Of a DNA stretch of 64,000 nt, positions 39,401 through 51,700 are shown piece after piece. A program made the translations under genes and the position numbers. The stretch comes from Octopus bimaculoides (Eukaryota): the NCBI RefSeq assembly GCF_001194135.2, contig NC_068983.1, forward strand, positions 80,747,652 through 80,811,651, written 5' to 3'. The number at the start of each line of letters is the position of its first letter. Within the stretch, counting starts at the first letter, position 1. Below the pieces are notes generated by a model. It made no database searches. It was not told the origin of the DNA and worked only from the letters and a program-made list of their open reading frames with translations.

Positions 39401-41612
39401 ATTTGCTACATAATGACGTCTCAACGAATTATAAAGTTCACCATACCTTGGTAAAATTGAGTTTTGCAGGAACTAAAATTATTCTATTGCTGTGGTATTA
39501 ACTGATTTCAAATTTTGGCACAAGGCCAGTAATTTCAGGGGAGAGTGCATTGATCCTTCTCTTCATCTCATCTGGTATAAAGTTGCCCTCTTCCTAGAGG
39601 TTTATAGTCTTGCAAGTTGTATATTGACTGTGCTAGTGCAGGTGGAATAAAAAAAAATCACAGGGAAGTGTTTAACATTAGAAAGGGCATCCAGCTGTAG
39701 AAACCATGTAAAAGCAGACACCAGAGTACAATACAGTCCTTGGGCCCATCAGATCTTGTTAAACTGTTCAACCCATGCCAGTATGGAACTTGGATGTTAA
39801 ATGATGATGATGATGATGACATCCATCATAACTTTCAATTTAAAATGTTATCTGTATTATACAAATTAATTCTTGCAACCTCTTATCACTCTTGTCTAGT
39901 CTGTTATTTTTCTCTAGTACCAATCCTTTTAACATCAACATGCCTGAGATCACTTCTGGTTCTAGAATTATACTGCCTCTCACTTCTAAGTATTCATAAT
40001 GAAGTTAAAACTTTTCATCATAATTTTATGAAAGAAATTTTTGCAGATGCATGTTCCAAGCATCACATTAGTAATGACAAAGTTAGTTATTTGATTAAGT
40101 CTCTCTAAATTCTTGATAATTTCCAATATCAACTAAAAGTCATGGACAGTGCATTTTATTAGACATATTGTCACAAAAGAGTTAAATAGGCCTTAATTCT
40201 AGTTAAGGCTTTTATATGGTTCTTTCTCCCTCAAACATATAAATTATTTATCTTCTTGACTAGTAAACTGTTCTTTTCTGTTAATCTTTAGACACAACCT
40301 AACCTATATCATGCCATTTTATTTTCTTGGAAATAGAAAAGAATATGAGAAGCTTATATCAAATTATTATCTGTTCATTTTGATCTTTTACATCAAATTT
40401 TCTATGCTATGGGTGGAATGGCATTTACTTGAAATAGTTACTTTAAAGCTGGGTGCCCTACCTATTGCTAAGCAGTCAACTATGCAATATTAGGAGAAAC
40501 TCTTTTTTGCCATTCAGAAAATTTAGCAATTAGGTTTATAAGGTTTGCCCAAAAGTACATCAATAGCTGTTGGGGAAATATGGTAGCAGATCATATAGCT
40601 AAAAGTTCAGTATATTAAAGGTGTAATGTCAGCATCATTGTACCTTTAGAGCAAAATACGTAAGAACTATTACAAGAGTGCAAAGTAACTTTCATTAAAA
40701 GCTGAAACTGAATCTACAGATTTTTAACTCTCCTGGTCAGAAAAATTTATTCTTTTATACCAGACAAGAAAATATTATCAGGTATTCAACTTTTGAGTTC
40801 TGATATTGTTAGCATGATGTTAAATAGTTATTGTTCTGCATTCATTAGAATTTCTGTTTCAATCATAAAAGAAATAGAATGGTTTATTGGATTATTTCAT
40901 GTTCCTTAGTACAATAATTATTCTGAATAAAAAAGTTAAAATTAAGCTAGCTTTCATTTTATGTAGAGATCAAAGTAGATTTCTTATAAACTTTACTATT
41001 ACCAATTACATTCTGAGAATTACTCAATTGCATGTCATAATCAGGAAATCAGATTTTGTATTGAAATATTGCAAAAATAGAGTTTTTAAGGTTTTAGATA
41101 TAATAATAAAGACTAGTATTCAAAGGTCAGCTGAAATACTTTGTACAATAACTGAAATGCAATTAATTTTGTTTCTTTTAGAACGATTGGAAAATAATAC
41201 AAAAATCTTCAAAAGGGATTTAGAAGCACATAATAATCCAAGCATTAATTTATAGCATTTCCCTTTTATTTCATAAATATCCCTTAAATAAGCATTTCTC
41301 TTTCAAGTAAAACAGATTCTACTATCGTGCAGTAAAAACTGATGCTACAAAAATCAATCTGCTAAAGGTTTTCATAAGATAAGTGTTTGTTAAGCTGCAT
41401 GTAGCTTTGTTAAGTTGTCATAAAATTTTAACAATGAACTTAAATATATATATTTAGTTTAAATTCCTTATGTTTGTATATTTGATAAATGTTTTAATTT
41501 AAAACAACGAAGGGACCAATGCATTGTTTCTTATCCTTCTGTAAACAACAGTTAAATCTCCCTCAAATTAAATCTCACTACCTTACAAAAAATGAAGGAC
41601 ACATGATATAAT

Positions 41613-41619
<7 letters not shown>

Positions 41620-41653
<34 letters not shown>

Positions 41654-41655
41654 TT
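41620..41655. repeat. (AGT)n microsatellite at the tail of a reverse (GAT)n-tailed repeat (41655-41830)
   Basis: Direct inspection. Confidence 0.75.
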
Positions 41656-42266
41656 TTCATGCTGGCTTGTGTTGGATGGCTTGACAGAAGCTGGCAAGCC
41701 AGAGAACTGTGTCAAGCTCTATCATCTGCTTTGGTATGGTTTTTATGGCTAGATGCCCTTCCTTACACCAACAACTTTACAGAGTGTACAGGGTGCTTTT
41801 CATGTGGCACCAGCACCAGTGGAATCACCAAGTAACTTGTAAGACCTCTCAGCTATGAGGTAGAGTAGTATTGAGGGCAGTGGCTCTTTACCACACTCCA
41901 AATAATATAAAAGTCAAACGATATTGGCTGCAGTACCCTTTGATCAGAAATTTATTCAATCGGAGTTGACCTAGTATTTAACAGCAAAATAAATTTTAGT
42001 ACTTTATTCGTATTAAGGGTAGCTTAGCTATTACAGAAGCAAGCTAACAAGGTTAGACTTTTACCTCTAGAATCACCACTTATATTGGTGAAGTTTCAAA
42101 ATAGCTCACCTACACAAGTTGTAGTTTCTCGGCATTTGCCAAGACACTAAACTAAACTAGCCAAAAAACTTGATGCAAAAATTGCATCAAGTTTTTTGAA
42201 AGAAATGGAGAAGCAAATTCATGGGTTTCATAAATGTGTAGGTATGCTATTGTTTATGCATCTCAT

Positions 42267-42611
42267 GAGGCGCAATGGCTCAGTGGTTAGGGCAGTGGAC
42301 TTGTGGTCATAGGATTGCGGTTTCAATTCCAGACCGGGCGTTGTGAGTGTTTATTGAGTGAAAACACCTAAAGCTCCATGAAGCTTCAGCAGGGGATGGT
42401 GGCGAACCCTGTTGTACCTGTATTTCAAACGGCCAGCCTTGTCACACTGTGTCACGCTGAATATCCCCGAGAACTACGTTAAGGGTACACATGTCTGTGG
42501 AGTGCTCAGCCACTTGCATGTTAATTTCATGAGCAGGCTGTTCCGTTGATCGGATCAACTGGAACCCTTGACGTCGTAAGCGAGGGAGTGCCAACAACAG
42601 CAACAACAACA
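42267..42611 (+). mobile_element. (CAA)n-tailed tRNA-SINE with internal deletion and TSD
   Basis: Same family as 59161-59555 but lacks the ~50-bp ctcttccaccacaactttctctc segment. Flanked by atgcatctcat (42256-66) and atgcatcgcat (42612-22). Confidence 0.9.
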
Positions 42612-43164
42612 ATGCATCGCATAGATCTTGTATCCAATATTTGATTGCTTGGTTTTCTTTCAAATGACAGTGGTGGTTGAGCATGGACTGGAAAATGAGT
42701 GTCCTTCATTTGTTCAAAAACTTATTGCTATAACAATATTGAATTCATTTATTTAACCTTCTTGCTACAATACTTAGATCTTGTTAAATTTCTTTCAACT
42801 ACTCAAAAGTTTTTGAATTTTCATTAGATTATTTTTTTAAAAAGTAGTTCTGATGTATTTTATGATGTCATCATAAACATAACACTGAACATGTGTTTGT
42901 TATTGATATATATAATGAGTTTATGACTATGTATAATAAACATATTTAGTGTCACTGTGAATTTGGAACCCTTTTATGATACATTGGCAGTCTAATTATG
43001 TATGAAAAAAATGCAATACCACCAACTACATTATATAATGTGTTGTCCTCTCTGTTTTTCAGATATTATGGTGTAGGTTAAAGAAAGACCACTTAAAAGT
43101 TTCATCATTGTTGTCATATCTTTCCTGTCTTTGCTGAATTCCATGACAACAGACAGTTCCAACT

Positions 43165-43460
43165 TACGATATGTCACGGGGGACATAAACAACCCAATAC
43201 TGGTTGACAAGCAATGGTGGGGTGACAAACACACACATCACATGCACACACACATCACATGCACACACACATCACATGCACACACACATTCATATATGAT
43301 GAGCTTTCACACAGTTTCCATCTATCACATCTGCTCACAAGGCTTTGGTTGACCAGGGGCTATAGTAGAAGACACTCATCCAAGGTGTTGCACAGTGGGA
43401 CTGAAAGCAAAACCAAGTGGTTGCAAAGCAAGCTTCTTCCCCACACAGCTGTGCCTGTAC
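43165..43460 (-). mobile_element. CORE-like SINE
   Basis: Reverse complement of the family head, CORE-like segment and central CA-rich repeat. Confidence 0.8.
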
Positions 43461-43498
43461 CTATGCATATATTTTATCACTGTATCACTGTATTGACC

Positions 43499-43750
43499 GG
43501 TAGATGGACAATTCATTGACAGACAGTTGTCCGACAGACAACATACAGGCAGGACAATAGTGTGGTATGGTGCAGAGTCCTGTTGCCAGACACAGGGTGT
43601 TCCAGTAGCCACCTTCTTGACCCAGGGCAGCACAACTTCCTCCAGGCACTTGATGTAGGCCTCTGTGTTGAGTCTGAGGTCATGTGGGAATTGTCTGTTG
43701 GTGAATTATCTGTCAGTGAATTGTCTGTTGATGAATTGTCTGCACAAAGG
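43499..43750. mobile_element. Composite MITE-like insertion with inverted 15-bp repeat arrays and a captured Tc1/mariner fragment
   Basis: Flanked by tattgacc (43491-98) and tatcgacc (43751-58). About 3 gacaattc units lie on the left and about 4 gaattgtc units on the right. The internal minus strand encodes LRLNTEAYIKCLEEVVLPWVKKVATGTPCVWQQDSAPYHT. Confidence 0.6.
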
Positions 43751-43789
43751 TATCGACCAGACTATCAGATATTGATATTCGTTGCTGGT

Positions 43790-44830
43790 CACAAAGAGCG
43801 TTAAATTCTTTCTTGATTACGCTATTCTTTTCCATCTTGTTCCAAATTGCTTAATTAAATCATCTTTGCATTGTCATGGAGGGCTTCCCAGTGGCCTTTT
43901 CAAGTCTCTTGGAAATCACTCAGTAACTGTATAGGTCCATGTGTTACCTGAAAACCTTGCAACATGTCCAGCCCAGTAGAACTTGTGCTCTCGATATTTT
44001 GTGATCACATCATTCATTTTGTTCGGTTTTTGAATCATCTCATTTTGAATGTGTTCTTGTAATAGTACGCCTGTCATGGATCTTTCTATGGCACTTTTGT
44101 GTCATAGTCAATCAATGATTTTCCCCCTTCATAGAAGCTTGCATCTAACTTGTGAATAAGACAATGGGTATAACGGGTTTATTGAAGAATCTGGCATGTA
44201 TGGTCTTGTCTAGCATTACTTTGAGCACATCCTTTATTGAGGTAAATGCTTTTCATCCTGCCCTTATTCTCTTCAAGATTTCAGCATCCATATCTTGGAG
44301 CATACTCATTGTATGCCTTGTGTAGACGTACACCTTAACATCTTTGATTTCATTACTCCCCACCTCTGTTTGGTTTTGGGCTATGTTTTTGAATCATATG
44401 TATTTTGTTTTTGTGCAGTTCATTTTAAGGTCTTTTGTTGAGTTAGGGATGTCCAGCTCTGTCAGCATGGTCTGCAGCTGATCTGTGATTTTGGCAATGA
44501 GTACAATGAGTCACCTGTGAATTGGAGGTGTGTTAGTAGCTTGCCATTGATGTTAACACCTGTCCAGTCAATGTCCCTGATGACTATTTCTAGACATGTG
44601 GTGAAGAGCTTTGGCAAGATGCTATCCCCTTGTTTGACACCCTTCCCTATTGGAACTCTTACTGGTGGCAATAGCAGAGCTACATCTGTGGTTTATCCAA
44701 AGTTTGCATCCTTGATCAGTTTGGTGTATTGTGCCTTGACACCTTGCATTCCCAGAGATTTCAGTGCTGCATTCATCTCAACATCATTGAAAGCCTTAAA
44801 GAACGAGAAACAAATGAATATGAGCTGCCT
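43790..44830 (-). mobile_element. RTE-clade LINE RT remnant
   Basis: ORF 44462-44671 reads KGVKQGDSILPKLFTTCLE...GVNINGKLLTHLQFTGD (RT motifs GVRQGD and LRFADD). Upstream is a decayed FxAFNDV. The downstream region follows the RTE C-terminus. Confidence 0.88.
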
Positions 44831-45784
44831 TTACGCATCACTTGTGTTGATTACATATATTTTATATAATTGAGAAACAATTACATTCACAGTAAAACAT
44901 GACAGTCATTGATGTACAAAATGAAATTTGCAAGGAGTTTTCATTTATCTAAATTTGCTTTGCTACCTGTACTTATGAAGATATATAGTATCACTGGTTC
45001 CACATTTTACCTTGAATTTCTTCTTGGTAAGCATCCATCATAGAGCGATAAGATAGTTAAATGCAGTTTGCAAATTGAGGGTGATTTAACTGCTAATTCA
45101 AGCACAATTATCAGTCAGATTGCAAATTTTCACTGAACATGAACTGTACATGTAAACATTAGGGTGTGAGGTGTGGTTTGAGGGAATATGACTCCTTGGT
45201 TGGTTCATGCACACATGTATCTCCATAAAATGATAGTTTGTGATTTAAGGGAGCCTTAGCTACTCTTCCTAACATGCCAATCTACCCTGTAGATGCTCTT
45301 TTGCGGATTCTTATGCATCTGTTTAAGAAATATATGTGTATGTAATAATCATACAAATAGAGAGACAGAAGAGATAGTGTGTGCATGAGGCTGTGTGATA
45401 GACAGAGACAAAATGAGAAAGTCAGAAAAATAAGGGATGAGAGAAGGAGAGGGAGAGAGAGAATGAGTGAAGGAGACCATCAGATACATATTATACACAC
45501 AAAACACTTGTTCACATTGTGCATAGACACATATACACTTGTAACGAAAGAGTTATGTGATCATATTTGCAACCATAGTGATATATGCAGTATATCGAAC
45601 ATCAAATGAAGAATCAATTTTGCTTTATTATAGAAATATCTTGAAAAAATTTTGAAATATTTCAATAGCAACAGACTTATATTTTATTCAAATACTCACC
45701 ATGTTTATGGCTATATCCTCTTGACCTACGTATGACTATATGTTGAGTAACCATTATTTCATGCTTAAAATTTTTATTATTATA

Positions 45785-46640
45785 CTAGTGCATGACCTGT
45801 TGTTTTATGCCTGGAATAAGTATGACTTTGCTTCATTGAAATATAGGTATGTATGCAAGAAAGAATTATGTAAAAGAAGGTAAAACAATATTGAAGTAAT
45901 AGAAATATTAAATACATCAAAATACATTTTAGTGTTTAACAGTTTTTAACTGTTTTTTGTTTCTGTATACAATAAACTGCAGTCAGGTAATTTTGACAAT
46001 CAAACAATGTCTGAATATACAATATTTTTTAATGAATATAAACTTTTTCATAATTGAAATGTCCTTCAGATCCTCTTAGTGTAGCAAATTGACTTGGCAG
46101 ACAAAAATCTTTATGCATGATGGATTGCCAATTCTACTGAGAGCAACATATAACTGATTGTATGTGAACATGTTAGTAAGGAAATAAGTTTCACATTTGG
46201 ATTGACTTTGTCCTTGACTTTTGCATATTGACATTGTGAATGCAGGTTTGACAGGAAATCAATGCTGTCGTAAAGTGAAGGGCAAATCCATATAGGATGG
46301 ATGCAGGTTGGTATGAGAAATAAACAAAGTATGTTCTGTACAAACACCAGTCATCTTACTGGCTTTGATGAAGTCAAAAGAGCATGTCGTATTCAAATGG
46401 CTGCGTTTTTGATCAAGGTCTCTCAACAACATTATGGGAGCTCCAATTCTAAATTTGATAATGTGAAGTGGCGCTTTATCAATATTAAGAAGATTAAGAA
46501 TTTCATGTGGATATAGAAAAACCTGGTCATCATCAGCAATGAAATCAACACTTTTAAGAATAATAATACCACCTGGAAGTTTGTCCATAATTTCACTGTT
46601 AAGTTTGTTAACTTTTTCAATTTTTGTAGTTAAACTATCT
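45785..46640 (-). mobile_element. Helitron 3' remnant: helicase C-terminus plus CTAG terminus
   Basis: ORF 46259-46588 reads KSVDFIADDDQVFLYPHEILN...IGAPIMLLRDLD...DLPFTLR, then FPVKPAFTMSICKSQGQ...QLYVALSR. About 330 bp downstream is a GC-richer decayed hairpin and CACTAG|T at 45785. Confidence 0.85.
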
Positions 46641-46679
46641 CTTGAAGAGAGCTACAGGACATTGTGGAAATTATTTTGT

Positions 46680-46833
46680 AAGTGACTGTGTGGTAAGAAG
46701 TTTGCTTCCCAACCACATAGTGCTGGGTTCAGTTCCCCTGCATGCCATCTTGAGCAAGTGTCTTCTACTATAGCCTTGAGCTGACCAAAGCCTCATAAGT
46801 AGATTTGGTAGACAGAAACGGAAAAAGCCTGAA

Positions 46834-46880
<47 letters not shown>
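46680..46880 (+). mobile_element. 5' half of CORE-like SINE ending in (TA)n
   Basis: gtgtggtaagaagtttgcttcccaaccacat...ttgagcaagtgtcttctactatagcc...gtagacagaaac followed by a TA run. Confidence 0.8.
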
Positions 46881-46882
<2 letters not shown>

Positions 46883-47232
46883 AATTGCTGAAAAAATGAT
46901 ATCCTAAAGCCACTTGGTTATGCTTGTGTACATGCCAGGCTCTGTCTTCCCCATTTTCGCCTTACACCCATCTATAGTACTACTTGGCTGCTGTACTTGT
47001 GAGCAGAATCAGCACATATTAAACCACCACCCTTCTGTGCCTTCAGTCACTGCTCCCTCCCTCCTTCTCTCTCTCCTTCCTTTGCTATACTCCATTCTAA
47101 ACACCTCTCTTATCTGCCATCATTCTCAATACCCTCCCATATCTATCATCAGGATCCACCCACCTATTTACTACAGCCTCTTATGTATCCCTATATCTTC
47201 TTCACTCCAGCACCTATACCTTGCACATACTT

Positions 47233-47465
47233 ATTTCTTTATAGCCCACAAGGGGCTAAACATAGAGGGAACAAACAAGGACAGACGAACGGATTAAGTC
47301 GATTACATCGACCCCAGTGCATAACTGGTACTTAATTTATCGACCCCGAAAGGATGAAAGGTAAAGTCGACCTTGGCGGAATTTGAACTCAGAACATAAC
47401 GGCAGATGAAATACTGCTAAGCATTTCGCCCAGTGTGCTAACGATTCTGCCAGCTCACCGCCTTG
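47233..47465 (-). mobile_element. Young full-length Meta-domain-like SINE with 16-bp TSD
   Basis: Perfect flanking repeat taccttgcacatactt at 47217-47232 and 47466-47481. CpGs are retained. The central gtcgactttacctttcatcctttcggggtcgataaattaagtacc resembles the MetaSINE domain. Confidence 0.9.
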
Positions 47466-48189
47466 TACCTTGCACATACTTGCTGTTCCATTCTCCATCT
47501 TGAGCCATTCCTATATCTCCCCGACTTCATACTAGTAATTTCCATCATCTGCATCCCCATCCTTGCCCATCACTTACAGCATTAACCTCTACCTCTACCA
47601 TCGTCTTTTTACTCCCATTTCCCACTCCTACGAAAGCATCCACACACTCCTTCATCCCCTCCCATGACCCACTGTCAGTATCCTCTCTTATGCTCACCTT
47701 CTTGCTCCTTGAGAGTTTGCTCTAGCATCCCATCACTACCTTCTTCTTATCCCCTTTATCCATGTATCTCATCTATAGCAAGACACTTGTGCTTATCCTT
47801 CTATCATAATTTAGCTTTTCAACACCAAGTATAAAGCCACAAACCTCCATTTCTCCCTTCCAGATACTTCTTCTTAGTAATGGAAGCTTTTCCCTTTCCT
47901 TTTCCTCTGTTCTTATATGTCTTGCCATTTTCATGGCAATGTCACTAGTGCCAGTGGCATGTAAGAAGTTCCCAGTACACTCTGTAAAGAAGTTGGTATT
48001 AGGAAGGGCATCCAGCCATAGAAATCATGCCATTCAGGCCTTTTGATTCCGGGTTTTGTTTTCACTCCAGAAATTTCTTTTCTAATTCTAATTCAGATTC
48101 TGATATGGGTGCAAGAGCATCAGCACTTAGCAGTTCTCACGAGCAGCCAGTTTAAATTTTTTTTATTATAGCCTGCAAGCTGGTCTTAA

Positions 48190-49310
48190 ATTCCACTGTT
48201 ATGGTCTGGAGAACAATAATGAATAGGATGGGGCTGAGGACTCCCTGTACTCTAAATTCATCACTGCACCTACGACTAACTTTCACCTTACTGATAGCAC
48301 CCCTGTACATGACTTTTACAACTTTCATAAGTCATTTGTCTACCATTAGCTTCCTCAGAAACCACACCACAAAGCAAGGGACTCTGTCAAAGGCTTTCTC
48401 TAGGTCAATGAATGTTAGGTATAATGGTTTATTCTTAGCTAAATACTTCAGCAGTTGTCTAAGAAGACAATGTCAGTAGTACTTCTCACTGGCTCAAAAC
48501 TGAACTGCATTTCATTCAGTCTAACACTGTTCCAAATTAATTGGGTTATAATCCTCTCTAACTTTCCTGACCTGGTCCAGAAATTTGATACCTCTGTAAT
48601 TACTTCTAGGTAAGGCATCTCCCTTATCCTTGTTGCAGCTGACTATAATGCTGATACACCTCCCTGAAATATCTGATTAACTATATGGGTGACAAGACTG
48701 TGTTCTACTCTACCAGATATTTTAAGCATCTCAGTTGTAATTCCTGATGGACTAGGCACTTGCCCTGTCTTCATATCCTTAGTTGCCTTAACTATTATAC
48801 TGCTGTCAAGTAGGATAGCTGGTCCCTGTTGGGTTCACATTTGGGAGACTCCTTTTTCCCATTCATTCTCTGTATTTAATAACCTTTCATAGTAGTACAT
48901 TCATGCCTCTTTCTTTTCAAAGTCAATAAGTGCAAGCATACCATTATCCATCTGTACTTACCTCCCACATCTCGATTCTCTCAGATATGCTGTCTAGCAA
49001 TCGAGAACACCTCATGTCTCTGATTTTCATGCCATAGACATAGGTAAACTTTATACTTTCTGTTTTTTCCCTTGCTAAATAAACCTGTCACCTAGCTTCC
49101 CTTCTAGATATCTGATATTGCTTTTTGCTGCCTCCATTTTTCCAGTCTTTCCAAGCCTGTCTCTTCACTTTTATGGCTCTGTCTATGTCACTATTCCACC
49201 ATCAAGTCACCTTCAGTCTGACTGAAACTTTGACCAGCCACAGATTTGGTTTGTAGCTTTCTGTAGGTTGTCCCATAAGACCTTCTAATTGCTCTTCATG
49301 TTATATGTTA
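48190..49310 (-). mobile_element. RTE-clade LINE RT remnant
   Basis: Minus strand reads SIIVSCNKDKGDALPRSNYRGIKFLD...MQF...STTDI...RQL...KPLYLTFIDLEKAFDRVP. Confidence 0.88.
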
Positions 49311-49628
49311 CTACCTCCTCTTTCCTGTTAAATGCTTTAATCAGAACGTTTTTAAATTTCTGATTGTTTAATATATCTTTATAATAATTGTACATAGAAA
49401 TAACATCTCAAATGTCAATCATTATAAGAATACTGACAATAAAAATGGAAAAAATTAAAATAACTGTGAATTGACAATTAAATGCATGACATTTAATAAC
49501 AAAAAAATATTACTACTATTAATAATAATAAATCAGAATCTTCAGCTAAAAATATTAAAAGAAAATAGAATATGATAAAAAAATAACAGCTATTATGATA
49601 ATAAACTAGGATGTATAATTGATAAGGG

Positions 49629-49776
49629 GAAGGCATGGCTGTTGTGGTTAGAAGCTTACTTCCCAACCAGGTTCAGCCCCACTGCATGGCACCTTGGGCA
49701 AGTGTCTTCTTCTATAGTCTTGAGCCAGCCAAAGCCTTGTGAGTGGATTTGGTAGACAGAAACTAAAAGACGCCCG

Positions 49777-49820
<44 letters not shown>

Positions 49821-50040
49821 ATATTTGTGTGTATGTGTCAGTGTTTGTCTCCATTACTTGACAACCAATGTTGGTGTGTTTACATCCCCATAACTTAACA
49901 GTTCTGCAAAAGTCACTGATAGAATAAGTACCAGCCTTACAAAGAATAAGTCCAGGGGTCGATTTCTTTGACTAAAAGGTGGTGCTTCAGTATGGGTGTA
50001 GTCAAATGACTGAAACAAGTAAAAGAATAAATGAATAAAA
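49629..50040 (+). mobile_element. Full-length CORE-like SINE with internal (TA)n
   Basis: Head, caccttgggcaagtgtcttc, central microsatellite and A-rich tail are all present. Confidence 0.88.
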
Positions 50041-50615
50041 GTATATATATATATATATATATNNNNNNNNNNNNNNNNNNNNNNNNNNNNNNNNNNNNNN
50101 NNNNNNNNNNNNNNNNNNNNNNNNNNNNNNNNNNNNNNNNNNNNNNNNNNNNNNNNNNNNNNNNNNNNNNNNNNNNNNNNNNNNNNNNNNNNNNNNNNNN
50201 NNNNNNNNNNNNNNNNNNNNNNNNNNNNNNNNNNNNNNNNNNNNNNNNNNNNNNNNNNNNNNNNNNNNNNNNNNNNNNNNNNNNNNNNNNNNNNNNNNNN
50301 NNNNNNNNNNNNNNNNNNNNNNNNNNNNNNNNNNNNNNNNNNNNNNNNNNNNNNNNNNNNNNNNNNNNNNNNNNNNNNNNNNNNNNNNNNNNNNNNNNNN
50401 NNNNNNNNNNNNNNNNNNNNNNNNNNNNNNNNNNNNNNNNNNNNNNNNNNNNNNNNNNNNNNNNNNNNNNNNNNNNNNNNNNNNNNNNNNNNNNNNNNNN
50501 NNNNNNNNNNNNNNNNNNNNNNNNNNNNNNNNNNNNNNNNNNNNNNNNNNNNNNNNNNNNNTATATATATATATATATGTATGTATATATATGTATATAT
50601 TAATTATAATTAAGT

Positions 50616-50867
50616 GTATGGAGACTTGTACATCCACAAGTTTATTTTGTAATTATATACAGCATACTATAATGACCTACATGTGTTTCAACTGCAGTGA
50701 CTACTCACTGTTTCAAATGCAACCTTGCAATATTGTGGTGCACCAACAATAATCCAAGGTTGCATTTGCAACAGTGAATAGTCACTGCAGTGGAAACATA
50801 TGTAGGTCATTATAGTATGCTGCATATAACTATAAAATAAATTTTGTGGATGTACAAGTCTCCATAC
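50616..50867. mobile_element. 252-bp foldback (palindromic) element
   Basis: The two ~126-bp halves are reverse complements, about 90% identical by hand alignment with the first 24 bp perfect. The centre is ggtg|cacc at 50740/41. Confidence 0.85.
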
Positions 50868-51053
50868 TCCTCATTATTATTAATATTAATATATACTCCA
50901 GACAATTTTTACTGTCCAGGGAAGAGTACATGGAATTACCTAACTAATTGTAGTCACAAACATTAGATACTGATTGTTGTGGTTAGCCGTTAACTGGAGC
51001 TTAACTGAGAGCTAATGTCGTGCCTGCTTGGATAATATATCCCTCCAAACTCA

Positions 51054-51097
<44 letters not shown>

Positions 51098-51109
51098 AAT
51101 ATTTTAGTG

Positions 51110-51700
51110 GTGTGCTTACACACCCTGTTCTGGGCCCATGTATTGTTGGGAAAATCCACTTTCTCTCAGATATTCTCTACATTTAAATAGCCTTTCATAG
51201 TAACTCTTCTATGTTTTCTTTACAAATCACCAAGTGCAAGCATACTATTACCCATCAGCACACACTTCTCAACTACATCTCGATTTCTCTGATACAATGT
51301 CTCACAATCTGAAACACCTTATTCCTCTGATCTTCATGCGGTAAAATATTAGAAAATATCCCTATTTCTACTTCTATTTTTGTTATGAAAATGTGACTCC
51401 TTGCTGCTCTTGCTACCTAGTATATTACTCTGTTAGCTCCATTCTTACAATCCTTCCAGGCTTGTTTTGTCACACTTAAAGCCCTGTCTACTGCACCATG
51501 TCATCCTCAGTCAGGCAAAGGACTTTGTACCAGCCACAGATCTGGTCTGTAGTTCCCATAGGAACTTCCAGTTGTTCTCTATGCTATATGTCTTTAACCC
51601 CTTTTTGTCAAAAGCTTCAATTAGAATATCTCTAAATTTCTACCCATTTGCTGATCCTCTGAGTTTCCACATTCTTCTTTTCTAGACTTCTTTGAGTTCT
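51110..51700 (-). mobile_element. Second fragment of the RTE family seen at 48190-49310
   Basis: caagtgcaagcatacta...catctcgatt.ctc...aacacct...ctctgat.ttcatgc aligns with 48925-49035. Confidence 0.75.

Noticed and set aside
40455-40565. Minus-strand segment with a strong acceptor (atttccccaacag) and an AG|gtaggg donor
   Set aside because: All three frames contain stops before the donor.
40887-41255. 122-aa plus-strand ORF in unique AT-rich DNA
   Set aside because: The composition (I/K/L/F/N-rich) is what AT-rich DNA yields by chance and no motif is recognisable. An internal strong acceptor leads to a stop after 24 codons. It cannot be supported without expression data.
42267-42340. tRNA-like sequence
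   Set aside because: It has A/B-box-like motifs but continues into the SINE body with tail and TSD. There is no full cloverleaf.
43688-43743. Regular short direct repeats, superficially array-like
   Set aside because: The units are contiguous 15-mers without unique spacers, in eukaryotic DNA with no cas genes. It is not a CRISPR array.
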